DNA of 64,000 nt, taken from NCBI GenBank assembly GCA_021463645.1, contig JAJTYI010000004.1, forward strand, positions 46,277 through 110,276. Reading direction: 5' to 3'. Below the pieces are notes generated by a model. The model saw nothing but the letters and a program-made list of their open reading frames with translations. It searched no databases and had not been told where the DNA came from. This document shows positions 9,520-20,427 of the stretch, piece after piece; position 1 is the stretch's first letter; each line of letters opens with the position of its first letter. Origin of the DNA: a bacterium. Its GTDB lineage: Bacteria > Patescibacteriota > Dojkabacteria > B142 > OLB20. A program made the translations under genes and the position numbers.

Positions 9520-10602
9520 TTACTGCAAGTTTACAGGTAGCTGTGGTAGGCTTTCTCGAGTAAATGTGTTCTCACCAATATATTGAAAAATAGCTCGATC
9601 TTGGAATTCCTTGAGATTAGTAGCACCACTGTAACTGAAAGCCGAACGAAGCCCTGCCGCAAAGTTTTCAATAACATATTTGACATCACCCTTATATGGT
9701 ACGTTCATACTGATACCTTCAATACTTCTGTGAGCTTTTTTTATACCATGATCTTTCATGTATTCTGCAGAAGCCTGACCCCTGTAAGTTTTAACACCAT
9801 TGATCACTCTCCCAGGTGTTTCTGTTGTGCCAGCAAAAATTGAACCACTCATTACTAAATCTGCCCCAGCTGCTAAGGCAAGTGCTACATCTCCAGGGTA
9901 TTTGATGCCTGCATCTGCAATGATAGTGACGTCTTTGGCAAGGGTCGCATCAAGTATTGCTGATAATTGAGGCGTGCCAGTACTTGCTTGTTGTCTTGTA
10001 TCACATGCACTTCCATTTCCGACACCTAGTTTGATTATGTCTATACCCGCATCTATATACATTCTGGTAACATCGTATGTGCAAATACTACCTGCTATCA
10101 CATAGATTTCAGGGAACTTCTTTTTAATTTTTATTGCTTGCTCAACGATTTTCTTCATACCACCCTGTGCTACATCAATCAAAACAACTTTGGCACCGTT
10201 TGAAACATATTTATTTGCTTCTTCAGTTGCATTAGCTAGCCCAACTGAATAAACACAAGAAATGTTTTCCTCAGAGAGGGATTTACAGATTGCAAGATTA
10301 TCTTTAAATTCTATTTCTGTATGTGCACGTGGTAATGTTCCTAATGCGCCGAGATCATGTAATGTGCGGATCATGAGTTCTCCGCTGACACTGTCCATCG
10401 CAGCCGTCATAATTGGCACCTTAAGCTTAAAAGGACCGAAATTAACTGATGTGTCTACCTGATTTCGAGAGCTGACTTCTGAAACTTGCTGTAAAAGCAA
10501 CACATTTCTGTAATTTAAACCCATAACGGGCGCGAAAGTCTGGGTGGGAAGGTTTGGCCAATCAGCCGTTTTTCCTCCACCTATATAAAATTTGTGTGAC
10601 AT
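9520..10602 (-). CDS. IMP dehydrogenase/GMP reductase family protein (no CBS insert)
   Basis: TIM-barrel IMPDH-like motifs: MDSVSG, catalytic-loop-like GVGNGSACDTR, GSIFAGT. Confidence 0.8.
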   Translation of the reverse strand: MSHKFYIGGGKTADWPNLPTQTFAPVMGLNYRNVLLLQQVSEVSSRNQVDTSVNFGPFKLKVPIMTAAMDSVSGELMIRTLHDLGALGTLPRAHTEIEFKDNLAICKSLSEENISCVYSVGLANATEEANKYVSNGAKVVLIDVAQGGMKKIVEQAIKIKKKFPEIYVIAGSICTYDVTRMYIDAGIDIIKLGVGNGSACDTRQQASTGTPQLSAILDATLAKDVTIIADAGIKYPGDVALALAAGADLVMSGSIFAGTTETPGRVINGVKTYRGQASAEYMKDHGIKKAHRSIEGISMNVPYKGDVKYVIENFAAGLRSAFSYSGATNLKEFQDRAIFQYIGENTFTRESLPQLPVNLQ

Positions 10603-10713
10603 ATTGGGGATTATTTAAAAGATATTCTTACATAAAATCTGAAAAAAGGTAAGAGGTCTAATATTAATATCTCATTTTTGATATGATTTATTATAATTTC
10701 TTATTAATTAATA

Positions 10714-11328
10714 ATGAACCAGGCTGAAATGAATCAACCTATACAAAAATCGGGGAGTAATAAGACAATTTTTATTGTACTTGCTGTTGCGATATTTTTA
10801 TTCCTTTGTTTTTGTTGTTCGGTTTTTATGGCAATAGCTCTATTTGGAACAAATACAAAGACTTATGATGAAGTTGAAGATTTTCCAGTTTTTGAATCTG
10901 AGGAATTCGAAGAAGACTCAGATAGTGACTATGTCGGTGTTGAATACTTGAATATGGATGAAAAATCAAATATAGACGGAATAGAATTAAGCATTACTGA
11001 GCTTGACCAGGCATATCAACCTGATCAAGATTATTTGTTTTTAGACCCATCCAAGAAATATTATGCAGTCGAAGTATATTTAGTTAATAATTCCGGAGAA
11101 TCTCATTATTACTCTGATTATGATTTTAAATTAAAAGATTCAGATAGTTACACATACCCTAATATATTTTCAGGTTCAAAAGTACCCAGTTTAGCATCAG
11201 GGACATTACCAGCAGGTGGTGAAGTAAGAGGATGGGTGACATTCGAGGTTCCTCAAACAAATGAAGATTTTACTCTGGTCTATTCTGATTTATCGTCCAA
11301 TCGTTCAGTTGAGTTTTCACTAAGATAA
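10714..11328 (+). CDS. membrane-anchored DUF4352-like extracellular protein
   Basis: N-terminal TM; C-terminal beta-sandwich-like region with the GWVTFEVP motif. Confidence 0.5.
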   Translation: MNQAEMNQPIQKSGSNKTIFIVLAVAIFLFLCFCCSVFMAIALFGTNTKTYDEVEDFPVFESEEFEEDSDSDYVGVEYLNMDEKSNIDGIELSITELDQAYQPDQDYLFLDPSKKYYAVEVYLVNNSGESHYYSDYDFKLKDSDSYTYPNIFSGSKVPSLASGTLPAGGEVRGWVTFEVPQTNEDFTLVYSDLSSNRSVEFSLR

Positions 11329-11329
11329 T

Positions 11330-12169
11330 ATGGATTACAGTAAAGTTGAACTTGATGCACTTCGCAAACTCTCTTATGAGTTAAAAATAGATGTGATAAA
11401 GATGCTCGATAAAGCTGATTCTGGTCATATAGGAGGTGCTTTTAGTATTGCAGACATTGTAACTTGTCTATATTTCAAAGTAGCTAATCTTGATCCGCAA
11501 AATCCTGATTGGGATGAAAGAGATTACATAATGCTTTCAAACGGACATGTTTGTCCGATTCTATATGCTGCTCTTGCAAGAAAAGGTTTCTTCCCCAAAG
11601 AAGAACTGAATAACCTTCGTAAAATCGACTCACTTCTACAGGGACATCCTAAATTAGGAATTCCGGGAGTTGAGAATACAAGCGGATTACTAGGTCAGGG
11701 ACTTTCACAGGGTGTAGGGATTGCCTTAGGTTTAACGATGGACTCAAAACCCAACAAAGTATATGTAATCACTTCAGATGGTGAACACCAAGAAGGTCAG
11801 ACATGGGAGGCAATCATGTCCGCTAATAAGTGGAGTCTAAACAACCTTGTGGTCATTGTAGATAGGAATCACGTTCAAATTGATGGCAATACTGAGGACA
11901 TCATGCCTTTAGGAAATTTAAAAGAAAAATATGAGAGTTTCGGTTGGATAGCACTTGATATTAATGGTCATGATTACAACGAAATATTACAAACATTCGA
12001 TTTTGTTAAGAAAATTGATCAACCTGTCGCCATCATCGCACACACAATAGCAGGTGAAGATATTAGTTTTATGGAACGACTTTATAAATATCATGATTGG
12101 AAAGATGATCCTGTAGAAGTTGAAAAAGCACTAAAGGAACTTCAAGCTGAATTGGATAAATTTAACTAG
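11330..12169 (+). CDS. tkt: transketolase, N-terminal (thiamine-diphosphate-binding) subunit
   Basis: GHIGGAFS, LSNGH and SDGEHQEG motifs; split-gene arrangement with the next ORF. Confidence 0.9.
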   Translation: MDYSKVELDALRKLSYELKIDVIKMLDKADSGHIGGAFSIADIVTCLYFKVANLDPQNPDWDERDYIMLSNGHVCPILYAALARKGFFPKEELNNLRKIDSLLQGHPKLGIPGVENTSGLLGQGLSQGVGIALGLTMDSKPNKVYVITSDGEHQEGQTWEAIMSANKWSLNNLVVIVDRNHVQIDGNTEDIMPLGNLKEKYESFGWIALDINGHDYNEILQTFDFVKKIDQPVAIIAHTIAGEDISFMERLYKYHDWKDDPVEVEKALKELQAELDKFN

Positions 12170-12181
12170 TTTAAACACAAG

Positions 12182-13144
12182 ATGGATTATTTGTTAGAAA
12201 AATATAAAAACGAGTCTGAACTTGAGAAAATGGCAACTCGAGAAGCTTTTGGTGTGGCGATTGTATCTGTGGCAAATGAAAACGACGATGTTGTGGTATT
12301 GAATGCAGATCTTCCAGGTTCGTTAAAATTAAACGACTTTATGGAGGTATTCCCAGAGAGGTATTTACAAATTGGAGTTGCAGAGCAGAATATGGCGAGT
12401 ATAGCAATTGGTTTGAGCCATTATGGCAAAATTCCTTTTATTACCTCATTTGCGGCATTTAGTCCTGGATTGAATATTGCACAAATTAGAATCGGTTCGA
12501 TTAAAAACCAAAATTTCAAAGTTGTTTCATCTCATTACGGTTTTCATGTCGGTCCAGATGGAGCATCCGCACAGATGGAGAGTGACATCGCTATGATGAA
12601 AGCTATCCCTAACATGGTAATTGTCAATCCTGCTGACTACAATCAAACAAAAACCATGACACATTTGATTTCAAGAGCTAAGGGACCGATATATATGAAA
12701 CTCACAAGAGAAAAATTTCCAGTTTTCCTGAAAGAAGACGCACATACTGAGATTGGAAAAGTTCAGAAACTTTTATCAGGGGATAAATTAACCGTAATCG
12801 CAACTGGATCTATGGTCTATGAAACTCTTCAAGCTGTACTAGAAGTGGATAAAGATGGTGGAAAAGTCGAATTATTAAATCTCCATACTATCAAACCACT
12901 AGACAAAGAAGGTATTTTAGAGTCGGTTCGTAAAACTGGAAAACTGTTGATTGTAGAAGAGCATAATATTTGGGGTGGTGCCGGAGAGAGCATTTCCAGA
13001 ATTGTTGCGGAAAATCATCCCGTATTTACAAAAATAGTTGGCATTTACGATACTTTCGGTGAGTCTGGAAGTCATCGAAAATTGTGGGAGAAGTATGAAA
13101 TTGATAGAGTGGCAATCGCTAGTCAGATTAGGGAAATTATTTAG
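12182..13144 (+). CDS. tkt: transketolase, C-terminal (pyrimidine-binding) subunit
   Basis: FPERYLQIGVAEQNM motif; immediately downstream of the N-terminal subunit. Confidence 0.9.
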   Translation: MDYLLEKYKNESELEKMATREAFGVAIVSVANENDDVVVLNADLPGSLKLNDFMEVFPERYLQIGVAEQNMASIAIGLSHYGKIPFITSFAAFSPGLNIAQIRIGSIKNQNFKVVSSHYGFHVGPDGASAQMESDIAMMKAIPNMVIVNPADYNQTKTMTHLISRAKGPIYMKLTREKFPVFLKEDAHTEIGKVQKLLSGDKLTVIATGSMVYETLQAVLEVDKDGGKVELLNLHTIKPLDKEGILESVRKTGKLLIVEEHNIWGGAGESISRIVAENHPVFTKIVGIYDTFGESGSHRKLWEKYEIDRVAIASQIREII

Positions 13145-13925
13145 ACTTCTTTGCTTTCATAAATCCAGTTCCATTCTCAAACTTCGGTGCAATTATTTCC
13201 ACTTCAAAATCTGCTGATTCAAAATGCTTAACCAAATCCTTGTATGAATATTCGGGATGCGTATGATACTCCAAGATGATATTGTCGAACTTCTCTTTCA
13301 AGAATGTGGTATCTGAATTAAGTAAAATATCATATTCTGAACCTTCACAATCCATTTTCAAGATATGACATTTTTTAATCTTTTCTTCTTTCATAAAGTT
13401 TTTGAGAGACATACTTGGAGATTTTTCATCCATGGATTCTTCATTTTGTGCAATAAAGCTCTGGCTAAGACTGATGTTTTTTGTTTTCAGATATTGTTCT
13501 GTTTCTGAACTGTGAAGTGCTAACCGATAGGGCTTAATATTGCTTAATGAACTGTTTTTGATATTTTCTAAAACTAAATCATAATTTTCTTTAACAGGCT
13601 CAATCGCATAAACTTTCGAATTCAAGTATTTTTTTGCAGCCCAGATTGAGTAATCTCCGATATACGCACCAATATCAATAATTGTTGGATTTTGAGCGAC
13701 CAGTTCCTCATCAATCTGATAATCTTCATCAATATACGTTTCTTTTACAACCCATAAATCGAATTTGTTTCTTAACTTGAACGAAGCACCGTCGTCGAGT
13801 TTTAGAACCGTTTCCTTGTTAAAAGTCATATTCCAAAGAACTTTGAGGGGAACTTTGAGGAGTAGGGTTTTAATAGAAATCAGGTAATATTTTATTCTTT
13901 TGATTAAATTTATAGTCATATTCAT
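13137..13925 (-). CDS. FkbM-family SAM-dependent methyltransferase
   Basis: IIDIGAYIGDYS and LKMDCEGSEYDIL motifs; start uncertain (13946, 13925 or 13919). Confidence 0.7.
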   Translation of the reverse strand: MNMTINLIKRIKYYLISIKTLLLKVPLKVLWNMTFNKETVLKLDDGASFKLRNKFDLWVVKETYIDEDYQIDEELVAQNPTIIDIGAYIGDYSIWAAKKYLNSKVYAIEPVKENYDLVLENIKNSSLSNIKPYRLALHSSETEQYLKTKNISLSQSFIAQNEESMDEKSPSMSLKNFMKEEKIKKCHILKMDCEGSEYDILLNSDTTFLKEKFDNIILEYHTHPEYSYKDLVKHFESADFEVEIIAPKFENGTGFMKAKKSK

Positions 13926-15748
13926 AATTCGTTTATATTTACACATCTAGATTCACTCCATACTGAACCCTTCTCACGGCCAAGTACACAAGAGAACTCA
14001 TTCATAGGCAATTGTCTTTCTTTTTTGTATATTCTAACTGTTGGATGATCATATACCCAGAAAGCTTCTTCTGCTTTACTATCATTGATTTCAATTCCAA
14101 AAATTTCTGGATAAGATGAGACCTCTTTTATTAATTTATACCCTAGAGAACCATCATCCAGAGCGGAATAATACGATGTCATAATAGGGTGTCTATCAGG
14201 AAGCTCACCGATTGTCATTCGTGCTCGGTCACTACTTAAAAATATATAATCCGTCTTACTAAGTATTTCGAAAAGATAAGGAATCTTCGTATGATCGTCT
14301 GGATTGTAAACAGCGAGTTCAGTTGCATTGTATAGATGAGGAGGAGGTACCAACGTTTTAAATGGTATACCGTCGTCCCAGTGTTCAACAACTGCAGTGC
14401 TATTTGCTGGGACATTCTCATAAATCCAGTCTGATGCTTCAATCCTAGTTGTGGTTGTTCTATATATGTTCGTAAACGCGTAAGCCCAAAGCAGTGTAGG
14501 TAAAAACACCAATGCCAAAACAATATAATAAATTCGTTTATTGACTTTCTTTAGTTGGTAAATTGCTAAAGCTGCAAAAATAGTGAGGAATGGGAGTATC
14601 GCCAGTAAATATCTAAACGACTTTACAAAATTTCCGCCTCTGTATATGAAATCACCAATTATCCAGATAAATGCTATTAATAATGGGGATGTAAGTGGTG
14701 TAAGAAGTTGCTTTAATTTGTAATGGTGCTTCAGATATAGAATCTGTTCATAAACAAAATATCCAAGTCCAAAGATCGCACTTATTCCTATCGGAATACC
14801 AAGTCCCCATACTATTATATTTTTCAAAGGAAATAGGTATGGGGTAGTTTCGAACCATTGCATCGAAGGCGGGAATATAACTTCACCTGTAATCGCAGAT
14901 CTTTGGAAATTAAGAGACTCGAGGAAGCTTTTATTCAAGGTGATATCCAACCAACTAGCATCATTAAATATATATGGGGAGGCTAACCGGAAGACGACAT
15001 AAATTGTGATAAGGATTAGAAGAGCAAAATCAACAACATAAAACATATTTCTTGGAAGTGAAAATCTTTTTAACTGTTGTAGGAATTTCATAGCTAAAGC
15101 AACACCAATCATCAATCCAAATACTGCAGCTGAGATTTTACTTGCAAGGGCAAGTCCCATTGAGATTCCTATTAAAATGCTAAGAGAAATATTAATCATA
15201 GGTGATCTAACCTTTAGAAAAATTATTAATAGAAGGAATGTAATTAAGACAAAAAATGTTTCGTACGTATCGGTTGTGAAAAAATGACTTTGTTGAATTG
15301 GCATAACTGCTACTGCATAGAATAACGCCGCAATTAATCCAAGACGTTTTCGATAGATATTGTTACCAATTAAAAATATTAATAGGAGGTTTCCAATATC
15401 TAGAATTCCGCTTAAAGTTCTGCCGACCAGGTGGAGATTGTTATAATCTCCTAATTCCAAACTATCGGCAACATATTTCACGAAAAATAGAGGAAGTGTC
15501 CCGTAAATGTAAGAACCAAAGTTATTGTTGTAAGGGGAAAGTGGAGATGTCTGCGGATCAAGATACTCTTCAAAGTCTTCAGGCCACTGCACGGCAATGG
15601 CTACCATTGTCATATATCTCTCATCGGGGTGAAGGTGTGCAAAATTATCCCAATTTGTTCCGGTAAACCTAAAATAAGAAGCTAAAAGAACAATTAATAC
15701 AAGTAATACAATCTCGTAAAAATTTAGTTTTGTTAAATATTTCTTCAT
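13922..15748 (-). CDS. GT-C fold membrane glycosyltransferase (ArnT/PMT/DUF2298-like)
   Basis: 608 aa, more than 10 predicted TM helices, HPDERY motif in the first loop. Confidence 0.65.
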   Translation of the reverse strand: MKKYLTKLNFYEIVLLVLIVLLASYFRFTGTNWDNFAHLHPDERYMTMVAIAVQWPEDFEEYLDPQTSPLSPYNNNFGSYIYGTLPLFFVKYVADSLELGDYNNLHLVGRTLSGILDIGNLLLIFLIGNNIYRKRLGLIAALFYAVAVMPIQQSHFFTTDTYETFFVLITFLLLIIFLKVRSPMINISLSILIGISMGLALASKISAAVFGLMIGVALAMKFLQQLKRFSLPRNMFYVVDFALLILITIYVVFRLASPYIFNDASWLDITLNKSFLESLNFQRSAITGEVIFPPSMQWFETTPYLFPLKNIIVWGLGIPIGISAIFGLGYFVYEQILYLKHHYKLKQLLTPLTSPLLIAFIWIIGDFIYRGGNFVKSFRYLLAILPFLTIFAALAIYQLKKVNKRIYYIVLALVFLPTLLWAYAFTNIYRTTTTRIEASDWIYENVPANSTAVVEHWDDGIPFKTLVPPPHLYNATELAVYNPDDHTKIPYLFEILSKTDYIFLSSDRARMTIGELPDRHPIMTSYYSALDDGSLGYKLIKEVSSYPEIFGIEINDSKAEEAFWVYDHPTVRIYKKERQLPMNEFSCVLGREKGSVWSESRCVNINEL

Positions 15749-15752
15749 TTAA

Positions 15753-17357
15753 TTATTGATACAAATAAAGAGTATCATTTATTCCTTCTATGGTTAATGA
15801 TTTTTGGTCAAGTTGATTATAATCAACTTCATTCTCACATTCTACATTAGGAATAGCTTTATCTGTGAGAATCGCGGAATTCTTAGAATCGACAATACAT
15901 AGATCTTTGGTAAAAATTACTTCAATATCTTTCATAAAATATCCGCTACCATTGAGTATCGGGAGAAATGGTTCTTTATCTAGTTCAAAAAGATAAAGCT
16001 TTTCCTTTGGGGGTTCGATTTCTCTGTTTAGAGTAGTATATAGTTCGTAAAGTATTACGGATTTGTTATCGGCTTTAGTTTTATAATAGTCGTATTGAAA
16101 GAGCAATCCACTTATCAATAGAATCAAAACCACTATTAATGAATATTTTTTATTGAAAAAACTAACTCTATTATAAAGTAGTAAGAATAGCATTGGTGGG
16201 ATTAACACACTCGCTCGGTATAATGAGAAAACCATGTCAGGACCTGCGTAACCATGTGTTGAAACGGATGAGTGGAATACTGCAATTACCCAAACCAGAA
16301 ATACAACCCCAAGCAATCTAAACTTAAATAGAAGTGCAGATACCAAGGTGAGAATCCAAATTAGTGTGAAAACTGGGGAAACGAAATTTAAACCATCACT
16401 GAACCCGAAGATTGTTCGAACAATTAGCTCCGTTTTTTCTTTGTCCAGAACTTCCTTATTATTTTCAAACCGCAAGTCCCCTCTGTATGCGAGTGATACT
16501 ACTAATGACACGGCCAGTGTAATTAGTGATGACAAAATTATTGTTTTATGCTTTTTACTAGATTTCTGTATTATTAGGAAATACAATCCGAATAAAAATA
16601 TTAGTGGAATATATGCAAGTGCAGTTGTGTATGAAGAGATTATAAGTAATCCCGAAATTAGGAAAATCAAAATATTGCGGACGTTAATCTGTAACTTCAT
16701 ATTCAACAAAGTTGAAAACAAAATTAACCCGAGTCCGATTGGATAAAATGCTTGTTCGAAGGTTAGATTTAAGTAGTTAAAAAAATGAAAATGAAAAGGA
16801 ATGATTAATAACATCGAAACCAAGTTCTCTCGGATTTTTTTAGTTGAGGAGATCCATTTTGCCGAGACCGATAAAAATAAGACTTGTCCAATTAGAAAGT
16901 ATATATAGTTACCTAGATGTAGGGCGAAGACACTATTACCAACTAAGCTAGGAATTAAAGGCATTAAGAATTGTCTTGCAGGGTAACCTAGAAAGCAATT
17001 TTGAAAATATCCCCAGTCTTCCGAAACTGAGAAATTATTAATTGCACAGCTTACTTGTTGGGTCGCTTCCAAGCTTATGTTTTCAGGCCTGGACATATAG
17101 AAGATTCCAACAACATTTAATATTAGAAAAATAACAATCGGTACTATGAAATGACCTTTAGATACTTTTTTCAGTAAACCAAAAAATTCAAGAATTGTGT
17201 GCGTGATAAGTAGGACTCCCAACATGTACCATAATACAATCCCTACTTTTCCTAATGAGGAATCAAAATAATATGAAAGTTCTAGGGTGATAATATAAAT
17301 ACAGAAGATGATGAAGGTTAGGAATGGTAAATATCTCTTCAAAATTGATTTATTCAT
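15753..17357 (-). CDS. polytopic integral membrane protein (possible GT-C or polymerase-like)
   Basis: 534 aa, many TM segments, located inside the glycosylation cluster; no motif recognised. Confidence 0.55.
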   Translation of the reverse strand: MNKSILKRYLPFLTFIIFCIYIITLELSYYFDSSLGKVGIVLWYMLGVLLITHTILEFFGLLKKVSKGHFIVPIVIFLILNVVGIFYMSRPENISLEATQQVSCAINNFSVSEDWGYFQNCFLGYPARQFLMPLIPSLVGNSVFALHLGNYIYFLIGQVLFLSVSAKWISSTKKIRENLVSMLLIIPFHFHFFNYLNLTFEQAFYPIGLGLILFSTLLNMKLQINVRNILIFLISGLLIISSYTTALAYIPLIFLFGLYFLIIQKSSKKHKTIILSSLITLAVSLVVSLAYRGDLRFENNKEVLDKEKTELIVRTIFGFSDGLNFVSPVFTLIWILTLVSALLFKFRLLGVVFLVWVIAVFHSSVSTHGYAGPDMVFSLYRASVLIPPMLFLLLYNRVSFFNKKYSLIVVLILLISGLLFQYDYYKTKADNKSVILYELYTTLNREIEPPKEKLYLFELDKEPFLPILNGSGYFMKDIEVIFTKDLCIVDSKNSAILTDKAIPNVECENEVDYNQLDQKSLTIEGINDTLYLYQ

Positions 17358-18480
17358 CTCTTTTCAACAAGTCTTTATATAAATTCAGGTTTGTCTCAAT
17401 CACACTTTTTTTATTGAATTTATGGAGAGCGTCCATAGAGTAGGATTTATCTTTGTTTAAAACACTGATAATTTTCTTCGCTAAATCTTCACTATCAGCA
17501 ATCTTTGCGATTTCACCCATACCAGTTGTTTGAATAGGTACTCTGACACCCGGCAAATCGGTAGCCACAACAGGTGTCCCCTCCAGCATAGCTTCAACTT
17601 GTACCATGCCAAAAGCCTCGGTAGAGTTTGTACTGGCCACAACTAAAACATCAATGTTTTTGAAATAATAGGGCATTGCGTTCGGATCGATTTGCCCTAA
17701 TAAATGTATTTTATCTTCGTATTTATTGAACAATGGTTTTAGTTTTTCTAAATATTTTTCTTCTCCCACCGCGTTAATGGTACCTACAATGAAAAGTTCC
17801 GCGGTCGAAAATATTTTCCAAATTGTTGGTAATGCATTTACCATATAGTCGATACCTTTATCAGCAGCGATTCTGGTTGCCATGCCAATTCGAGGATGGG
17901 GAGAATTCTCTAACTCGTTTATTTTAATTATATGTTTCTTATTCAGTTCTACTATGGGTAATACCTCTACGGTATTTTTATAATATCCTTTCAGAACTCT
18001 AGAATGCTTGGCAAAATCTAGTGTAAATGAAGCTACGGTGTCTGATAATCTTAAAACCAGATGATGGTTAATATCTATAATTTTGTCTAGTAATTTACTT
18101 CCGAAAAATTTGGGTAGTGTGATATCGCAAACATAAGTTGTGACTATTGGCTTACGAAACAACTTTGCCAGTATTACCACTGGAAGCGCTTCTATGGATG
18201 GGAGATTATTATGCAATACATCAGCCTCCTTCAATGGTTTCCAAGCATCAATAATGATTTTATGCAAAATCATGCCTTTATTAATTTTGAATAGATAAGG
18301 AGTTCTTATGACTTTTACTCCTTTGATAATTTCTTTGTTCTTTAGATTTTTATCATGTTGTGCACACAAAATTGTGACATTATGTCCAAGTTCTACATAT
18401 TCTTCAGCTAAACGCTGGAAATAAAGTGTGAGTCCACTGACATGAGGGTGATAATAAGTAGTTAACATTACAATATTCAT
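17350..18480 (-). CDS. family 4 (GT-B, group 1) glycosyltransferase
   Basis: EAFGMVQVEAMLEGTPVVATDLPG motif; 376 aa. Confidence 0.85.
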   Translation of the reverse strand: MNIVMLTTYYHPHVSGLTLYFQRLAEEYVELGHNVTILCAQHDKNLKNKEIIKGVKVIRTPYLFKINKGMILHKIIIDAWKPLKEADVLHNNLPSIEALPVVILAKLFRKPIVTTYVCDITLPKFFGSKLLDKIIDINHHLVLRLSDTVASFTLDFAKHSRVLKGYYKNTVEVLPIVELNKKHIIKINELENSPHPRIGMATRIAADKGIDYMVNALPTIWKIFSTAELFIVGTINAVGEEKYLEKLKPLFNKYEDKIHLLGQIDPNAMPYYFKNIDVLVVASTNSTEAFGMVQVEAMLEGTPVVATDLPGVRVPIQTTGMGEIAKIADSEDLAKKIISVLNKDKSYSMDALHKFNKKSVIETNLNLYKDLLKRDE

Positions 18481-20210
18481 GTGTTTTTCTTAAAAATTGT
18501 TACAGTAGGTTGATCAAAAACTCTAAATGTTTCATCGTAGTTCAAAGGCATAAATATTCCTCCACTATAAAAACTAATATCAAATAAGTCTTCTAGATAT
18601 GTGGTTCTGGTGAATTCAGCAACTTTGACGAACCCCAATTCTCCCTCAAAAAGTTGTTCATAGTGTCGATATCCGTTTGGGAATTCGTCTTTTAGTCGAA
18701 CTCTTGTAGGATATATTCTCTCGGCGGGCACAATGACATACTCTGACTCATCCATCAACTTGTTAAGTGATTCCAATTCAGCTTGATCGTTTATTCCATC
18801 GTCAAGATTGTAGTAGTCATACTCGGTAATTCTGTGATTGCCGACAGCTCCATTGAACGCAGTCATTCCAATATCGTAGACTTCTCCTGCAAAAGTATCG
18901 CTGTTATTGGAATATTCTTTTAACCACTTTGCAGCTTCAAGTCGAGGGTCGGGTTTAAGATAGATTGTAAAGAAATTCAACCCTTGAATAATTGCAAATA
19001 TTGAAACCACAAGTAATGTGGACTTTGAAATCAATCTAATCATTTTATGACGTTTATACGAAAGATTTACCAGAACTATGACGAAGGCAATTATTAGAAA
19101 AGGAATTGAAGGAACCATATATCGACTCCATTTAACAAACATTGTTAAGTGGAAGGCGGTGTAACCTAGCCCGATAAGTGTGAATACAATAATAGGAAGT
19201 TTGGACTTGGATTCGTTTTTGAAAATGTACCTTAGACCATACCTAAGACAATAAATAATCAAATAAAACAGTGCAAATAACGAGAAAATCGTAAGTGGCC
19301 AACTTATCAGACTTGGGAAAACGTACAAAACTTGATATACGAATGGAATGGTTTCTAAGAATTGTTGTGTGTAGAAAACAGGCAGTGTGCCTCTTGCAAC
19401 AGAGCTTTCATAATTAAGTGAATTTCTGAAGTTTTGGTAATCTAGAAAAATAAATGGATTTGTGAGAACGAAAATAAGGATTGATAACAGGACTGCTGAA
19501 AAGAATTTGTTATTAAGAAATTTGAAAGGGAATTTGATAATAAATTTCAACTTATTTGTATCATCAGTTCTTCCTTTGAGAATAACGAAGAAATGGATCA
19601 TTAGAAATACCGCTACCAAAAAGAGACTGACTATTTTTGTTCCTACAGAAAGTCCCATTATGACTGCTATGAATACATAGTTGAGGAATGAAGGCTTATT
19701 TAATAATTTGAGTGCCAGAAATGTAAACAACAAGTACTCAAATGTAAGAAATGATTCAAATGTTGTGAAGTGTGCAAATTGGATTAAACCCGGAGAGAAA
19801 GCTGCCAATGCAACAGCAAGTATTGAATATGTTTCAATTTTGTTAGTTTTTTTAATTGATTCACCATCCTTGAGCAATATTGAAAAAAGTAGGTTTTTAG
19901 TGATGAAGTAGATTAGATACAAACTAATAGTAGAAAAGATAGCGCTTAATAACCTTCCGAATAATAGTGAAGTGTCGAAATCCCCCTTCGAAACGATATA
20001 AATCATATAAATGGGAAAGCTTCCGTAAGCAAAAAAGTCAGGATTATAGTCACCTCTAATAAAATTAATATTTGAAGTGGCTATTGCTATGTTCCTTTCA
20101 TCTGGATGAAAGAAATTTTGATTTCCCCAGTCGAGATTGTAGAAACGTAAGAATGCACCGAGAAGGATTATTAAAAGTAGTAATATTTTATATTTGGAAA
20201 ACCTCTTCAC
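18477..20210 (-). CDS. GT-C fold membrane glycosyltransferase (ArnT/PMT/DUF2298-like), paralog of 13922-15748
   Basis: 577 aa, polytopic, FHPDERN motif after the first TM. Confidence 0.65.
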   Translation of the reverse strand: MKRFSKYKILLLLIILLGAFLRFYNLDWGNQNFFHPDERNIAIATSNINFIRGDYNPDFFAYGSFPIYMIYIVSKGDFDTSLLFGRLLSAIFSTISLYLIYFITKNLLFSILLKDGESIKKTNKIETYSILAVALAAFSPGLIQFAHFTTFESFLTFEYLLFTFLALKLLNKPSFLNYVFIAVIMGLSVGTKIVSLFLVAVFLMIHFFVILKGRTDDTNKLKFIIKFPFKFLNNKFFSAVLLSILIFVLTNPFIFLDYQNFRNSLNYESSVARGTLPVFYTQQFLETIPFVYQVLYVFPSLISWPLTIFSLFALFYLIIYCLRYGLRYIFKNESKSKLPIIVFTLIGLGYTAFHLTMFVKWSRYMVPSIPFLIIAFVIVLVNLSYKRHKMIRLISKSTLLVVSIFAIIQGLNFFTIYLKPDPRLEAAKWLKEYSNNSDTFAGEVYDIGMTAFNGAVGNHRITEYDYYNLDDGINDQAELESLNKLMDESEYVIVPAERIYPTRVRLKDEFPNGYRHYEQLFEGELGFVKVAEFTRTTYLEDLFDISFYSGGIFMPLNYDETFRVFDQPTVTIFKKNT

Positions 20211-20268
20211 GTCAGAAATAAATCATGAGGCAATTATAACTTGCTTCTTAAAAAACTCCAATCATCGT

Positions 20269-20427
20269 TTACATCCCGATAGTTATGTCGGGTCTTTTTG
20301 TCTTGGCATGATCTGACAAACTATAGTCCTTTTTTGCTATCTTTCTCTTGCGATATAAATATGTAGTAATGCTACTTCCAATCGCGGTGACCAAAGTGAT
20401 GAGGAGGATTTGACCAGTATTATCCAT
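20269..20427 (-). CDS. possible 52-aa small membrane protein (below the ORF-track cutoff)
   Basis: Hand translation: MDNTGQILLITLVTAIGSSITTYLYRKRKIAKKDYSLSDHAKTKRPDITIGM; one TM plus a basic tail; no other support. Confidence 0.25.
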   Translation of the reverse strand: MDNTGQILLITLVTAIGSSITTYLYRKRKIAKKDYSLSDHAKTKRPDITIGM

